Origin: Paraspadella gotoi
Taxonomy: Eukaryota; Animalia; Chaetognatha
NCBI GenBank assembly: GCA_051294375.1
Contig: CM119266.1
Location: 7,500,028 to 7,563,604, forward strand
Direction of reading: 5' to 3'
DNA length: 63,577 nucleotides
Part shown: piece by piece, positions 1 to 11,721 of the stretch
Layout: each line of letters starts with the position of its first letter
How positions within the stretch are numbered: the first letter of the stretch is position 1
Translations under genes and position numbers: made by a program
Notes under the pieces: model-generated
What the model was told of the DNA's origin: nothing
The model's database searches: none
The model's input: the letters and a program-made list of their open reading frames with translations, nothing else

Positions 1-930
1 GACACCCCGCCGATACTCGATCACCACCCGCCGACCCAACCCGGCCAGCCTCACCCCGCCGGCGTCTCCGTCTCGGCCAGCGCCGCCGGCGCCGCGAGTA
101 ACCCCTTGGCGCCGCAACAGTCGGGCGGCGCCGCGTCGCCGCTTTCCTCGCAGCCGCCGCCGCTGGTTCCGGCGAATCCTCCTTTGACGCCGTCGTCGTC
201 GTCGCCTGGCGAAAGCGGCGGCGGCGGCGGCGGCGGTCTCGACAACGCCATCGTGGCTCAACAGCATCAACATCATCCACCGCCGCATCAACATCATCAG
301 CCGCAGCAATATCCTACCGACACACCGTCGCCGAACGATCCTCGCGCTCTCCACTCTCCGCTCGCTCATCGCGATGGCCCCCCGGTTCAACAGCATCATA
401 ATCCACACTATTCACTGCAGCAGCAAAGACTACAGCAGCAACAGCAAGAACAAAATATGCTGCTGCAGCATCAGTACCGTCATCCCTCCATGTCGGAAGA
501 GTCGCTGCCGCAAAACTTTTATCATCCGCAGCAAGATAGTCCACCGCCGCCGCAACCCTCGACGACGCCTTTGCAGCATCAGATGCAGCATCAACATCAC
601 TTGTATCAACAGCAACAGCCGCAACACCATCTTCATCAACAGCAACAGCAGCCCAACCACCCTTACGACGCGCTCAAGTCTTCTCCACAACATCACAACA
701 ACAACGGTCACTCGACGGGTCACTCGACGGGTCATTTTCCGGGTCAATCCACTCCGGGTCACTCTCCATTTTACTCTCACTACCCCTACCATCCCGCAGG
801 AGGGGGCTATCCTCAGGGTGGAGAGTCGCCCCAGTCGGGCTACGGTCAGCAGGGTTTCGCTCACTGGAGCGGTGGTCATGCTGGGGTGGAGGGGCATCCG
901 GGTCATTTGGGGCATCAGGTCATGAGTTGA
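1..930 (+). CDS. C-terminal part of a Pro/Gln/His/Gly-rich low-complexity protein (transcription-factor-like tail); 5' end lies outside the window
   Basis: Frame 1 is open from base 1 (DTPPILDHHPP...) to TGA at 928-930. GC-rich coding-like sequence with poly-Q/H/P/G runs, then an abrupt switch to AT-rich sequence with AATAAA at 1548. No recognisable domain inside the window. Confidence 0.75.
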   Translation, partial: DTPPILDHHPPTQPGQPHPAGVSVSASAAGAASNPLAPQQSGGAASPLSSQPPPLVPANPPLTPSSSSPGESGGGGGGGLDNAIVAQQHQHHPPPHQHHQPQQYPTDTPSPNDPRALHSPLAHRDGPPVQQHHNPHYSLQQQRLQQQQQEQNMLLQHQYRHPSMSEESLPQNFYHPQQDSPPPPQPSTTPLQHQMQHQHHLYQQQQPQHHLHQQQQQPNHPYDALKSSPQHHNNNGHSTGHSTGHFPGQSTPGHSPFYSHYPYHPAGGGYPQGGESPQSGYGQQGFAHWSGGHAGVEGHPGHLGHQVMS

Positions 931-1029
931 GAAGAAATGGTTGTGGTCGAGGTGGAGGGAGTGTTGTGGGCAATGAGTGGAAACTTAATTTAATATTAAC
1001 TTAATGTATAACGTTAATCTATTTTGAAA

Positions 1030-1165
1030 GCTAGAACCTAATCTTTAACCCTGATCCCTAACCCAAATCCCGAACCCATACATAATACTTAACCCAAACC
1101 CTTAGTCCCTTAATCCCTAACCTTCATCACTAACCTAAACCTTAACCTTATTTCTAACATAAAAA
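1030..1165 (+). repeat. Degenerate CCTAAY/TAACCC-like hexamer repeat
   Basis: Repeated cctaac/cctaat/cttaac units; a similar tract occurs at about 15980-16190. Confidence 0.55.
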
Positions 1166-2744
1166 CTAAATCGATTTCGAATTTAAGATGAAAAGGGGCG
1201 CTTTGGGGAAATATGGCCATGGGGTCAAACCTTTCCGGTCATTTCACAATTTTGAAATTTGGAAAAGTCACATTGGTCGTCGCGTCAAACGAAATTATCG
1301 AATTTATACATAAACAATCGGATTAAATTCTTCGTTTATAACCGAGTAACTTATTTTTCAAGCTTGGTTATACCAATTCTCGTTTTAACCTCCGCGTTTC
1401 ATCCTTTCACCTTTAAAAAAATTGGACAATCTACTATTGTAATAGACGTGAGTTCATATGTTTTATGTAATTACTTCATATTTTTGCATCGACAATCCAC
1501 TTTTTTTCTTTCATTTTTTCCTATTAATTTCGGTTATATTTTATGTAAATAAAACGAGAAACTTTTTCGTTGCAAAAATTCCGTTTACCGAATTTTACGT
1601 CAGAGAGAGAAGAAAATACGAAGAGAAGAAAGATAAGAAAGATAGAGAAAAAAAAAGGAATAGAATAGAGAAGTGAATAAAAAAANNNNNNNNNNNNNNN
1701 NNNNNNNNNNNNNNNNNNNNNNNNNNNNNNNNNNNNNNNNNNNNNNNNNNNNNNNNNNNNNNNNNNNNNNNNNNNNNNNNNNNNNNNNNNNNNNNNNNNN
1801 NNNNNNNNNNNNNNNNNNNNNNNNNNNNNNNNNNNNNNNNNNNNNNNNNNNNNNNNNNNNNNNNNNNNNNNNNNNNNNNNNNNNNNNNNNNNNNNNNNNN
1901 NNNNNNNNNNNNNNNNNNNNNNNNNNNNNNNNNNNNNNNNNNNNNNNNNNNNNNNNNNNNNNNNNNNNNNNNNNNNNNNNNNNNNNNNNNNNNNNNNNNN
2001 NNNNNNNNNNNNNNNNNNNNNNNNNNNNNNNNNNNNNNNNNNNNNNNNNNNNNNNNNNNNNNNNNNNNNNNNNNNNNNNNNNNNNNNNNNNNNNNNNNNN
2101 NNNNNNNNNNNNNNNNNNNNNNNNNNNNNNNNNNNNNNNNNNNNNNNNNNNNNNNNNNNNNNNNNNNNNNNNNNNNNNNNNNNNNNNNNNNNNNNNNNNN
2201 NNNNNNNNNNNNNNNNNNNNNNNNNNNNNNNNNNNNNNNTAATTAGAATTATTAATTAGTATTAGACTATTATTATTAGTATTGCAAACGATTATTACCC
2301 AATTTTCCCGTCATTATTTTTTTCCTTCGAAAAAAGAAAGAAAATTCACGAAAGACGAAAAAAAGAAGAAAATCGAAAGAAAAAAATTTTTCGGTCGAAA
2401 TCGAGAATAAATCGGCGCGGGAGATGAAAGGAGCCGNNNNNNNNNNNNNNNNNNNNNNNNNNNNNNNNNNNNNNNNNNNNNNNNNNNNNNNNNNNNNNNN
2501 NNNNNNNNNNNNNNNNNNNNNNNNNNNNNNNNNNNNNNNNNNNNNNNNNNNNNNNNNNNNNNNNNNNNNNNNNNNNNNNNNNNNNNNNNNNNNNNNNNNN
2601 NNNNNNNNNNNNNNNNNNNNNNNNNNNNNNNNNNNNNNNNNNNNNNNNNNNNNNNNNNNNNNNNNNNAAAGAGAAAGGTGGTAAGTGGGGGATTTTGGGG
2701 GTGAAGGAATAAGAGAATGGTGATAAAGGAAGTATTACTATAAA

Positions 2745-2988
2745 TTCACCCCGCCTTCAAGCATGACACCGTCAGTCGTGACCGGGTGACTCATTGAGTA
2801 ATACCATCAGCTCATGACCATCAGGCACCGGGATTCCTAATAGGAAGCGTGAGGACGGCCGTAAACCGCCTGGGGGGCCTGGAAAACCCTCTCGCCTGGT
2901 TCCAAGCCCAGGACCCGTTCCATTGCAGCCGAGGGGGCACAGAAGATACGGATGGTAGTCTTCTGCCCACTTGGCGTCTTATCCACAG
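2745..2988 (+). mobile_element. tRNA-derived SINE family 1, copy A
   Basis: Colinear with 28883-29121 and 14110-14315 (shared GTGRCTCAkTGAGTAA, TGAGGwCGGCCGTAA, AGCCCArGACCC, GCGyCTTATCCA). Confidence 0.75.
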
Positions 2989-3089
2989 GCTGCGGGAAAG
3001 GAAGGGAGGCGAGTCAGGGAGGAATAAGATGAGGGTTAAATTAATGTCAGGATGAATGAATGAATGAATGAATGAATGAATGAATGAAC

Positions 3090-3534
3090 CGACTGAACTC
3101 TGGAATCGGGAGAAGAGGGAGATAAGGACATTGTCGTTGTCGTTGTTGTCGTCATTGTCTGTAGTCTGTACGACAGACGATCAGAGTCACAGTCATTTTT
3201 CGTCTCCATCGTCTCAATTCTATATCGTATTGCATGACAGGGGACGGTTTAATTGCCTTTACTGTACGTCGCGTCGTCTCGTCGTTTTTCGTCATCGTCA
3301 TCATTAGATTGTAGTATGTCATTCTTCAGTTGATTTTTAATTCATTGTCTTCGTTCTCTTCATTACAGACTCAGTCATATGCTTTTTTATTTCGTCCATA
3401 CTGGTTTTATCGTCGTCGTCGTCGTCGTCGTTCGTGATTGTGTCCCGTCTCCATGACGACCTGAGAATGACGTCCCAATCGACTTCGTCAGTTTCCGGTC
3501 TCGATTCTTTCCCAGTCTGGAGAGTCCGGCGGAG
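3090..3534 (+). repeat. Direct duplicate of 5711-6170
   Basis: Both start gactgaactctgg(g)aatcggg... and run colinearly with many small indels; this copy ends at a 25-N gap. Confidence 0.85.
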
Positions 3535-3559
3535 NNNNNNNNNNNNNNNNNNNNNNNNN

Positions 3560-6500
3560 GATCTTTGAAATAGAGACGACGACGACGACGACGACGACGA
3601 CGAGCGACGACGACAATAAAGTCAGAGAAGACGACAATGAAGACACAAATGATGACAAAAATAAAAACTAAATAATTATAAAAAATTAAAACTTATTTTC
3701 TTTCTTTGACGGGAGTGATGTTAATTTTCAACTAAAAATTCTTAACCACGAAAACAGTTAGATTTTGTTGTAATCAGTCATGTCACATTTACATTTTATA
3801 CAGAAACAAAGAATATTTGACATCTTTCTTCAAACTCGGCGACAGATTAAAACGGCCGTCTTGATTGGTCGATCGATCCTAACAATGAATGAAAAATCAA
3901 AGCTTTTGTTATATTATACAATATGATCTTTCACAATTGTAACATTTGCTGTCGCGATAACTCAGAGTCCCTTCACCCTAGGTACTTAATTATGACTCAT
4001 TTTATAGCCTGCTGTCTGGAATTTTGAGATCGGTCCATTTTACATAATTCTAATAAGTTTTTTAGTTATTAAATTCTAGGCCCCAATAAACTTGTGATTT
4101 TTTTTACCTTTTAATGTTTCACGTAGTCACAAGTCACAACCAATCAAAACTTAGTTCAATTTAAAAAAGTATAGTATGCAAAATGTAGCATTTTGCCAGC
4201 TCTTCAATGTGGTATAAATTTATATTCGTTTAATGCTTTAGTAACTTATGCAAATAATGAATAATGAGATGATTTTTTTATTATAACGGTATCTGATTTT
4301 TATATTTTTTTAATTTAAAAAATTCATAGTTAATATAAAATTTAAAGAATTTTTATTTAAATGCCGGTAACATAAAATATTCTAACTTTTATTCTCTAAA
4401 ACTTGGTACAGGTTTTGTTTCCGTGCATTGACTAATGCTCACAACTTATTTTTAATTACCCTTGATTTACATTTTTTGCATTGTGTTTTGATATTTGAAT
4501 TATCTTCTAAAACTTTTTGAATTAATTTTATTTCATTTAAAGAGGAGAAAAAAATGCTACATGTTCATTACCTCATATTTATTTTCGCTTTAATTTTAAG
4601 TACTTTATAATCATCAGAAAAAATTGGAAAATTGCATTGATGAAGTTTCAAATTTGACCTCCTCTTAATAGACAGTCTCTAAATAAAGAAGACTCATTCA
4701 AATATGTTGAATTATATATCATATAAAATGCCAGATCGAGACCTTCAAAACCGACTATCGTTAATATTTTAAAATTTACGGTTGCATAATGCATATATAT
4801 TAAGCGGGTCTAGAAAAACTTGAACATTATTTATAACTTTATAATTCTCTCAGAAAAATTCCTGTTTATCTCTATTACTTAAATCGAATTTTCAATGTAA
4901 CTTTTTGAATTAGTTCCATTGGTTGTGTGCATGAAAAGCTTTTAAATATTTTCATTCATATTTAACAAATGACAAAAAATTTTTTTTGTTAAAAATTGTT
5001 TTTAAGAACGCGATTCCTATAGAGCTGCAAAAGTTAAATGAAATTAGTACAACATTTTTTAAACAATTTTGACAAGAAAATTGGTTAAAAACAGAAAAAA
5101 CGTTAAAAATCATCCAATCTCATCATCATCTTGGCTGAATTTTATCAGTTTTTTTAAATTTTTATCAATGAAACAAAAAAATTTGGTAATGTATTAATAA
5201 CCTTATCTAACTTTGTAAGCTTATCATGAATCCATTAAATAAAATTGAAATTCAAAAGAATTTTTACCTTTATTATAGTAAATAATTAATTCTTTAAATG
5301 GCTTTCCGTTGCGCTTTATTAATTTAAGATAATTTTAAATTTATTTTTATTTTGATTTCTCTAACAGTCCACTTTATCAATTTATTTGAGAGAACTTCTA
5401 GTTTTAACCTGTTCCGGCTAGTATAATTATACTGTTCACGATAATGTACAAAGACGCAGCAAAATCATATATTTATCCAAAGTTAACTACTGTGTCGTAA
5501 TGACGCATTTCTTGTATAGCCAGCTAAACAAGAACAACAAGGACCACAAAGCATTCTTCCATTAAGCCGACTCAAATAAAATCAGCAACTCCATCAAATA
5601 ACATCAAGCAACGACATCACCCTAACCTTTTTTAAACCTCTCGTGGCACTTGATGACTTTTCACATTCCCTTTTTGCTTTCTCCAGTTGATGGGATTCTG
5701 CTACAGAATTGACTGAACTCTGGGAATCGGGAAAGAAGAGGGAGATAAGGACATTGTCGTTGTCGTCTGTTCGTTGATCATTTGTCTGTACTGTACAGAC
5801 TATTTAGCGGTCACAGTCATTTTCCGTGTCAGTATCACTCAAATTCTTATATCGTTACGGGAAGCTGGGTTTAATTGCGTTACTCGTTCGTCGACGCGTT
5901 TCGTCGTTTTTCGTCATCGTCTCATTAGATTGTGGTTTGTCATTCTTATCTTATTTCCATTATCGATTGTCTTTCTTCTCTTCATGCAGACTCAGTCATA
6001 TCTTTTTTATTTCGTCCGATACGCTGTTTTTATCCGTCGTCGTCGTTCGTCGTTTCGTGATTGTTGTCTCCGTTCTCCATGGACACCTGAGAATGACGTC
6101 CCAATGCGACTTCGGTTCAGTTTCGGGTCTTCGATTCTTTTCCGTCGGAGATCGGGCGGACGAGAGTGAACACGCGCGCAGGAGTCGGCTGAGAGTGCGA
6201 GGGGGCTAGGGGAGAAGAGAGGAGAGAGAGAGAGGGAGAGAGGGAGAGACGGCGAGAGGGAGAGAAGGGGTAAGAGCCAGCATGGAGAAGGGAGATGAGG
6301 GAGAGTGGGCGGGATATAGAATGGCGAGAGAAGAGAGAAAAGGTGGGGTAGAACGGACGGGGAATGGGATGGCAATGGCAGGAGAATATTAACAGCGATG
6401 ATGACGAATGAACGAGATTCTCTACAGAATCCCATCAACTGGAGAAGCAAAAAGGAATTGAGAAAAGTCATCAGTCACGAGAGGTTTTAAAAAAGGTTGG

Positions 6501-7918
6501 GTGATGGTGTTGCTGATGTTATTTGATGGAGTTGCTGTTGTTATTTGATAGTGTTGATTGGGAAGATGCGTTGTGGTCCTTGTTGTTATTGTTTAGGCTG
6601 GCTATGACAAGAAGTATCGCGTCATTACGACACAGTAGTTAACTTTGATAAATATATGATTTTGCTCGTTTGTAACATTTCGTGACAGTATATATATGCA
6701 TTATGCAACCGTAAAATTTTAAAATATTAACGATAGTCGGTTTTGAAGGTCTCGATCTGGCATTTTATATGATATATAATTCAACATATTTGTAATGAGT
6801 CTTCTTTATTTAGAGACTGTCTATTAAGAGGAGGTCAAATTTGAAACTTCATCAATGCAATTTTCCAATTTTTTCTGATGATTATAAAGTACTTAAAATT
6901 AAAGCGAAAATAAATATGAGGTAATGAACATGTAGCATTTTTTCTCCTCTTTAAAATGAAATAAAATTAATTCAAAAAGTTTTAGAAGATAATTCAAATA
7001 TCAAAAAATTCAAAAATGTAAATCAAGGGTATTAAAAAGTTGTTGAGCATTAGTCAATGCACGGAAACAAAACCTGTACCAAGTTTTAGAGAATAAAAGT
7101 TAGAATATTTTATGTTACCCATTTAATAAAAATTCTTTAAATTTTATATTAACTATGAATTTTTTAAATTAAAAAAATATAAAATCAGATAACGTTATAT
7201 AAAAAAATCATCTCATTATCTCATTATTCTGAAAAGTTACTAAGCATTAAACGAATATAAAATTTATACCACATTGAAGAGCTGGCAAAATGCTACATTT
7301 TGCATACTATACTTTTAAATTGAACTAAGTTTTGATTGGTTGTGACTTGTGACTACGTGAAACATTAAAAGGTAAAAAAATCACAAGTTTATTGGGGCCT
7401 AGAATTTAATACTAAAAACTTATTAGAATTATGTAAAAATGGACCGATCTCAAAATTCCAGACAGCAGGCTATAAAATGAGTCATAATTTAAGTACCTAG
7501 GGTGAAGGGACTCTGAGTTATCGCGACAGCAAATGTTACAATTGTGAAAGATCATATTGTATAATATCAAAAAGCTTTGATTTTTTCATTCATTGTTAGG
7601 ATCGATCGACCAATCAAGACGCCGTTTTAATCTGTCGCCGAGTTTGAAGAAAGATGTCAAATATTCTTTGTTTCTGTATAAAATGTAAATGTGACATGAC
7701 TGATTACAACAAAATCTAACTGTTTTCGTGGTTAAGAAATTTTTAGTTGAAAATTAACATCACTCCCGTCAAAGACAGAAAATAGTTTTAATTGTTTATA
7801 ATTATTTAGTTTTTATTTTTGTCATCATTTGTGTCTTCATTGTCGTCTTCTCTGACTTTATTGTCGTCGTCGTCGTCGTCGTCGTGGTCGTCGTCGTCGT
7901 CGTCTCTATTTCAAAGAT
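3560..7918. repeat. Large inverted duplication (3560-5710 vs 6410-7918), probably an assembly fold-back
   Basis: gatctttgaaatagagacgacg at 3560 is the reverse complement of cgtcgtctctatttcaaagatc ending at 7919. The arms are near-identical except that about 4801-5430 is absent from the right arm. Confidence 0.9.
4801..5420. mobile_element. Candidate MITE-like insertion of about 620 bp
   Basis: Missing from the inverted copy (empty site near 6685-6700). Weak terminal inverted similarity: TAAGCGGGTCTAGAAAAACTTGAA vs rc TAGCCGGAACAGGTTAAAACTAGAA. Confidence 0.4.
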
Positions 7919-8019
7919 CCCAAATTCCCATAAACTCTTTCAAGTTTCCCTCATTTTTTTTCGACTTCGACTAAAAGTCATAAAACGACGGGATTCAAAA
8001 TCATCAAGATTTTCTTGTT

Positions 8020-8058
<39 letters not shown>

Positions 8059-8109
8059 TCTTGTCTCGATAAAAAGTCGACGAGCAACTTTGGAGGAAGC
8101 GTCGCCTTA

Positions 8110-8205
8110 TTTTTCTTTTCTTTTCTTTTCTTTTCTTTTCTTTTCTTTTCTTTTCTTTTCTTTTCTTTTCTTTTCTTTTCTTTTCTTTTCTTTTCTTTTT
8201 TTTTC
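8110..8205 (+). repeat. (TTTTC)n microsatellite
   Basis: Perfect pentamer run followed by a degenerate TC-rich tract. Confidence 0.95.
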
Positions 8206-9311
8206 TTTTTCTTTCTATTTTTTTCGTTTGTTTTCTTGTCTTGTCATGTCATGTCTTGTCTTTTCTATTTATTCTTTTTTTTCTTGTCTTTTATTTTCTT
8301 GTCTTTTCTTTTCTTTTATTTTCTTTTCTTTTTTTTGTGAAAAGTCTACAAAAATATTCCTCTGCGGCAATATTGGCGAGCTTCCTTTGTAGCAAAACCA
8401 CCTTGCAGCAACTTTTTATTCTTTCTTTGTGGCAACTGGAAACTGGACCGACAACTACGCCCACTCGCCCCAGCCTGCCGGCGAGAGGAGTGCGAGAGAG
8501 AGAGAGAATAGTAGAGACGAGAGAAGAGAGAGAGGAGAGAGAGAGAGAGGAGGAGAACTGAGAGCTCGAGAGAGAGAGAGATTGTGAGAGGAGAGAGAGT
8601 ATACGATGTGACAGGTTGAAGGAGATTTTACGGAAAACAGGAATTTGAGTGGAAAGAGAGCGAAAGATCGTGAAAGAGATAAAGAAAAAAGATATCGAGA
8701 AAAAAGATAACGAAGTTGATATTTAGTATTTTAAACCAATTATAATATTTTTCAGACATTTGAAAACCATTTAAAACATTAAAAAACCTTTCAAATTTTT
8801 TAAAAAACATTTTCACGGAATTTCGAGAGAACTGAAGACCATATTCCCCAAAGAAAAATGTTCATAAAAATTAATGTATACACTCTTACAATTTCTGTAC
8901 ATACTTTATAAGTATTACACTAAGTTGCTATGAGCTGTGCAGTTAGCGCGGAAATTTTTATTTATTCAATGTCATAAAAATGTCATCGAGTGTCATTGAT
9001 TCCCGCGAAATATTTGTCGGCGACTCTCTCTCTCTCTCTCTCTCTCTCTCATGGCCGAGAGAGAGATGTGAGTTTCCCCTGCACCTTGTATCGATTTTAA
9101 TTAGAGTTAATTTAGAAAATTTACTTAGCGCGCTATTAAGATACAGTAAGTGCTAATAGCCTGCAGGCTAGAAACTTTCTAGTCCCTCCATGGAAGCCCG
9201 TGATCATGAACGGAATTGATATAGTTTGTAGTAATGATGTTGTGTGAAGGTGAATTGTGAGACACGGTCGGTACAGCCAAAGTATCGTACGCGTGACGAA
9301 TGTCTCGTTAA

Positions 9312-10230
9312 AGAAAAAGGGTCATTCAATATCAAGCTGTTAAAAGTAGGCTAAAATGGAGTACAAATTCAGAAAGCTGAGCTCCTGGCGATTCCGAAAA
9401 TGTAAGTGTCACTTAAGACGATTTGATGCAGTTCTAGCCTCCATTATTATATCGGTTTTAGATTGATAATATCTAAAACAAGAAACCTATGCTGAGGGAG
9501 AGTTGCAGGTCAAACGAAAAGGCCAAAGTCCGCACCTATATTGTTTTAATGAATTGTTTTGATTGACTTAGATGTAGAAAAAAGTGTAATCAGAGAGACA
9601 TTTTTAAATTGTCATACGTTGTATTCCTTGTGAAAATGTAGAATGTTTAACTTTAAGACCTGAAGTTCCTTTCTAACTGGACGACGCGTTTATCAAAATG
9701 TCTCTCTATTAATTTTTGTCTCAAATGTTTTTAAGATTGCTAATCAAATGTTTTAATTTCAATATTATTGCAGTCGTTAGGGCTGCAGACTGCTTCAATT
9801 ACAATTGTAGATGTCATTGTAGCTCGAATTGTTCTTTCTAGTAGCCATCTATGTAACTGAAGATTTTGTTCGATCGCGACTGAAAAAACCAACAAGAGTA
9901 ACGAGAATAATTGCTTAAATTCTGCGCCCTGTTAAAATTATCCAACCGTCGTGTTTAAAACTTCTTAGCCGCTAAGAATTTTTTAACCAACGCAGATTGA
10001 AAACAAATCTTAGAAAATGTGCTTACGCAATTTAACCTTAACATCGTAATTGGTATTTACCACATTTAAAAAAAATTATTGAAAACGGATGTTTTACATA
10101 TAAATAAGACGCTTATTTTTTTGTGATTACATGAGATGACTATAAATGTATTGGTCTCGATATAATTGAGCGCTCGTAACACAATCAAAGGTGAATTACG
10201 TATTGTTTATGCTGAATGACCTTGTTCCTC
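9312..10230. mobile_element. Non-autonomous DNA transposon of about 920 bp flanked by TTAA (Kolobok- or PIF/Harbinger-like)
   Basis: TTAA at 9308-9311 and 10231-10234. Imperfect TIRs: AGAAAAAGGGTCATTCA vs rc GAGGAACAAGGTCATTCA. The inverted copy at about 10730-10765 shows the empty site with a single TTAA. Confidence 0.7.
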
Positions 10231-10519
10231 TTAACAACGCCTTAAGTGTATTATATACCACAAAAGAACTTCGGAAAAAGAGTAGCTAAAATCATGTAAC
10301 CAATTCCAATATTTCTTTTAATCCTAGTGATTAAACATTCGATTTGAAGAAAATACATTTTGAATTTACTCAATAACTCGTAAGCGGCATATGACGACGA
10401 CGACAACGACCATGACGACGATGGAAAAGACTCTAAATGCGTCACTGCAAGGTTTGAGAGAGAGAGAGAAGAGAGAGTGAGAGTGAGAGAAGAGNNNNNN
10501 NNNNNNNNNNNNNNNNNNN

Positions 10520-10950
10520 TCTCTCTCTCTCTCAAACTTCAGTGACGCATTTAGGAGTCTCTTTCATCGTCGTCATGGTCGTTGTCGTCGTCGTCATATG
10601 CGCAATACGAGTTATTGAGTAATTCAAATATTTTTTCAAATCGAATGTTTATCACTAGATTAAAGAAATTGGAATTGTTAACATGATTTTAGCTACTCCT
10701 TTTTTCAGAACTTTTTATGTATATATACATTAAGGCGTTGTTAAGAGAATTCGTACGCGTACGATACTTGGCGTCGACGTGTTTACACCAATTCACCTTC
10801 ACACAACATCTTACTACAAAATACATCAATTCGTTATGATCACGGGCTTCATGGAGATAGAAAGTTTTAGCTGAGGCTATAGCACTTACTGTACTTAATA
10901 GGCGCAGTAAAATTTCTAAATTTAACTTTAATTAAAAATCGAAAAGTGAG
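10520..10950 (-). repeat. Noisy inverted copy of about 9075-9310 joined to 10231-10475
   Basis: ctctctcaaacttcagtgacgcattta is the rc of taaatgcgtcactgcaaggtttgagagag; follows a 25-N gap. Confidence 0.85.
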
Positions 10951-11689
10951 GAACTAACTACATTATACTAATGAACATTTATATAATACAAAAATTCATA
11001 ATAAATTTTACAATTTACGCAGTAGGCCANNNNNNNNNNNNNNNNNNNNNNNNNNNNNNNNNNNNNNNNNNNNNNNNNNNNNNNNNNNNNNNNNNNNNNN
11101 NNNNNNNNNNNNNNNNNNNNNNNNNNNNNNNNNNNNNNNNNNNNNNNNNNNNNNNNNNNNNNNNNNNNNNNNNNNNNNNNTACGCCTTAATATACATTGA
11201 TATATCAATGTGCGGATTTTCTCTTCTTCATTGATTTTTTTTTAAAGTATTTTAGTTTTCTATGTAGCTTTTCGTTTCACTTCTCTCTTTCTTCTTCTCT
11301 TTTCGTATCACTTCTCTCTTCCTTCTTCTCTTTTCATCACTCTCGCCTCTTTCCTCCCTCTCATTAAACTATCTTTTANNNNNNNNNNNNNNNNNNNNNN
11401 NNNNNNNNNNNNNNNNNNNNNNNNNNNNNNNNNNNNNNNNNNNNNNNNNNNNNNNNNNNNNNNNNNNNNNNNNNNNNNNNNNNNNNNNNNNNNNNNNNNN
11501 NNNNNNNNNNNNNNNNNNNNNNNNNNNNNNNNNNNNNNNNNNNNNNNNNNNNNNNNNNNNNNNNNNNNNNNNNNNNNNNNNNNNNNNNNNNNNNNNNNNN
11601 NNNNNNNNNNNNNNNNNNNNNNNNNNNNNNNNNNNTCGTCGTCGTTGTTGTCGTCGTTGTTGTTGTCGTCGTCATCATCGGTGTCGTTG

Positions 11690-11721
<32 letters not shown>

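Noticed and set aside
314-925. Overlapping alternative-frame and antisense ORFs (314-544, 374-925, 430-915)
   Set aside because: Expected shadows of a GC-rich, CAG/CAT-repeat coding exon.
1030-1165. Interstitial telomere
   Set aside because: Too degenerate; no consecutive perfect TTAGGG or TTAGG units.
7884-8561. ORFs made of poly-R/V or FSFLF repeats, and similar ones at 11645, 18247, 57481, 58938 and 61595
   Set aside because: Translations of microsatellites; ORFs spanning N runs were also ignored.
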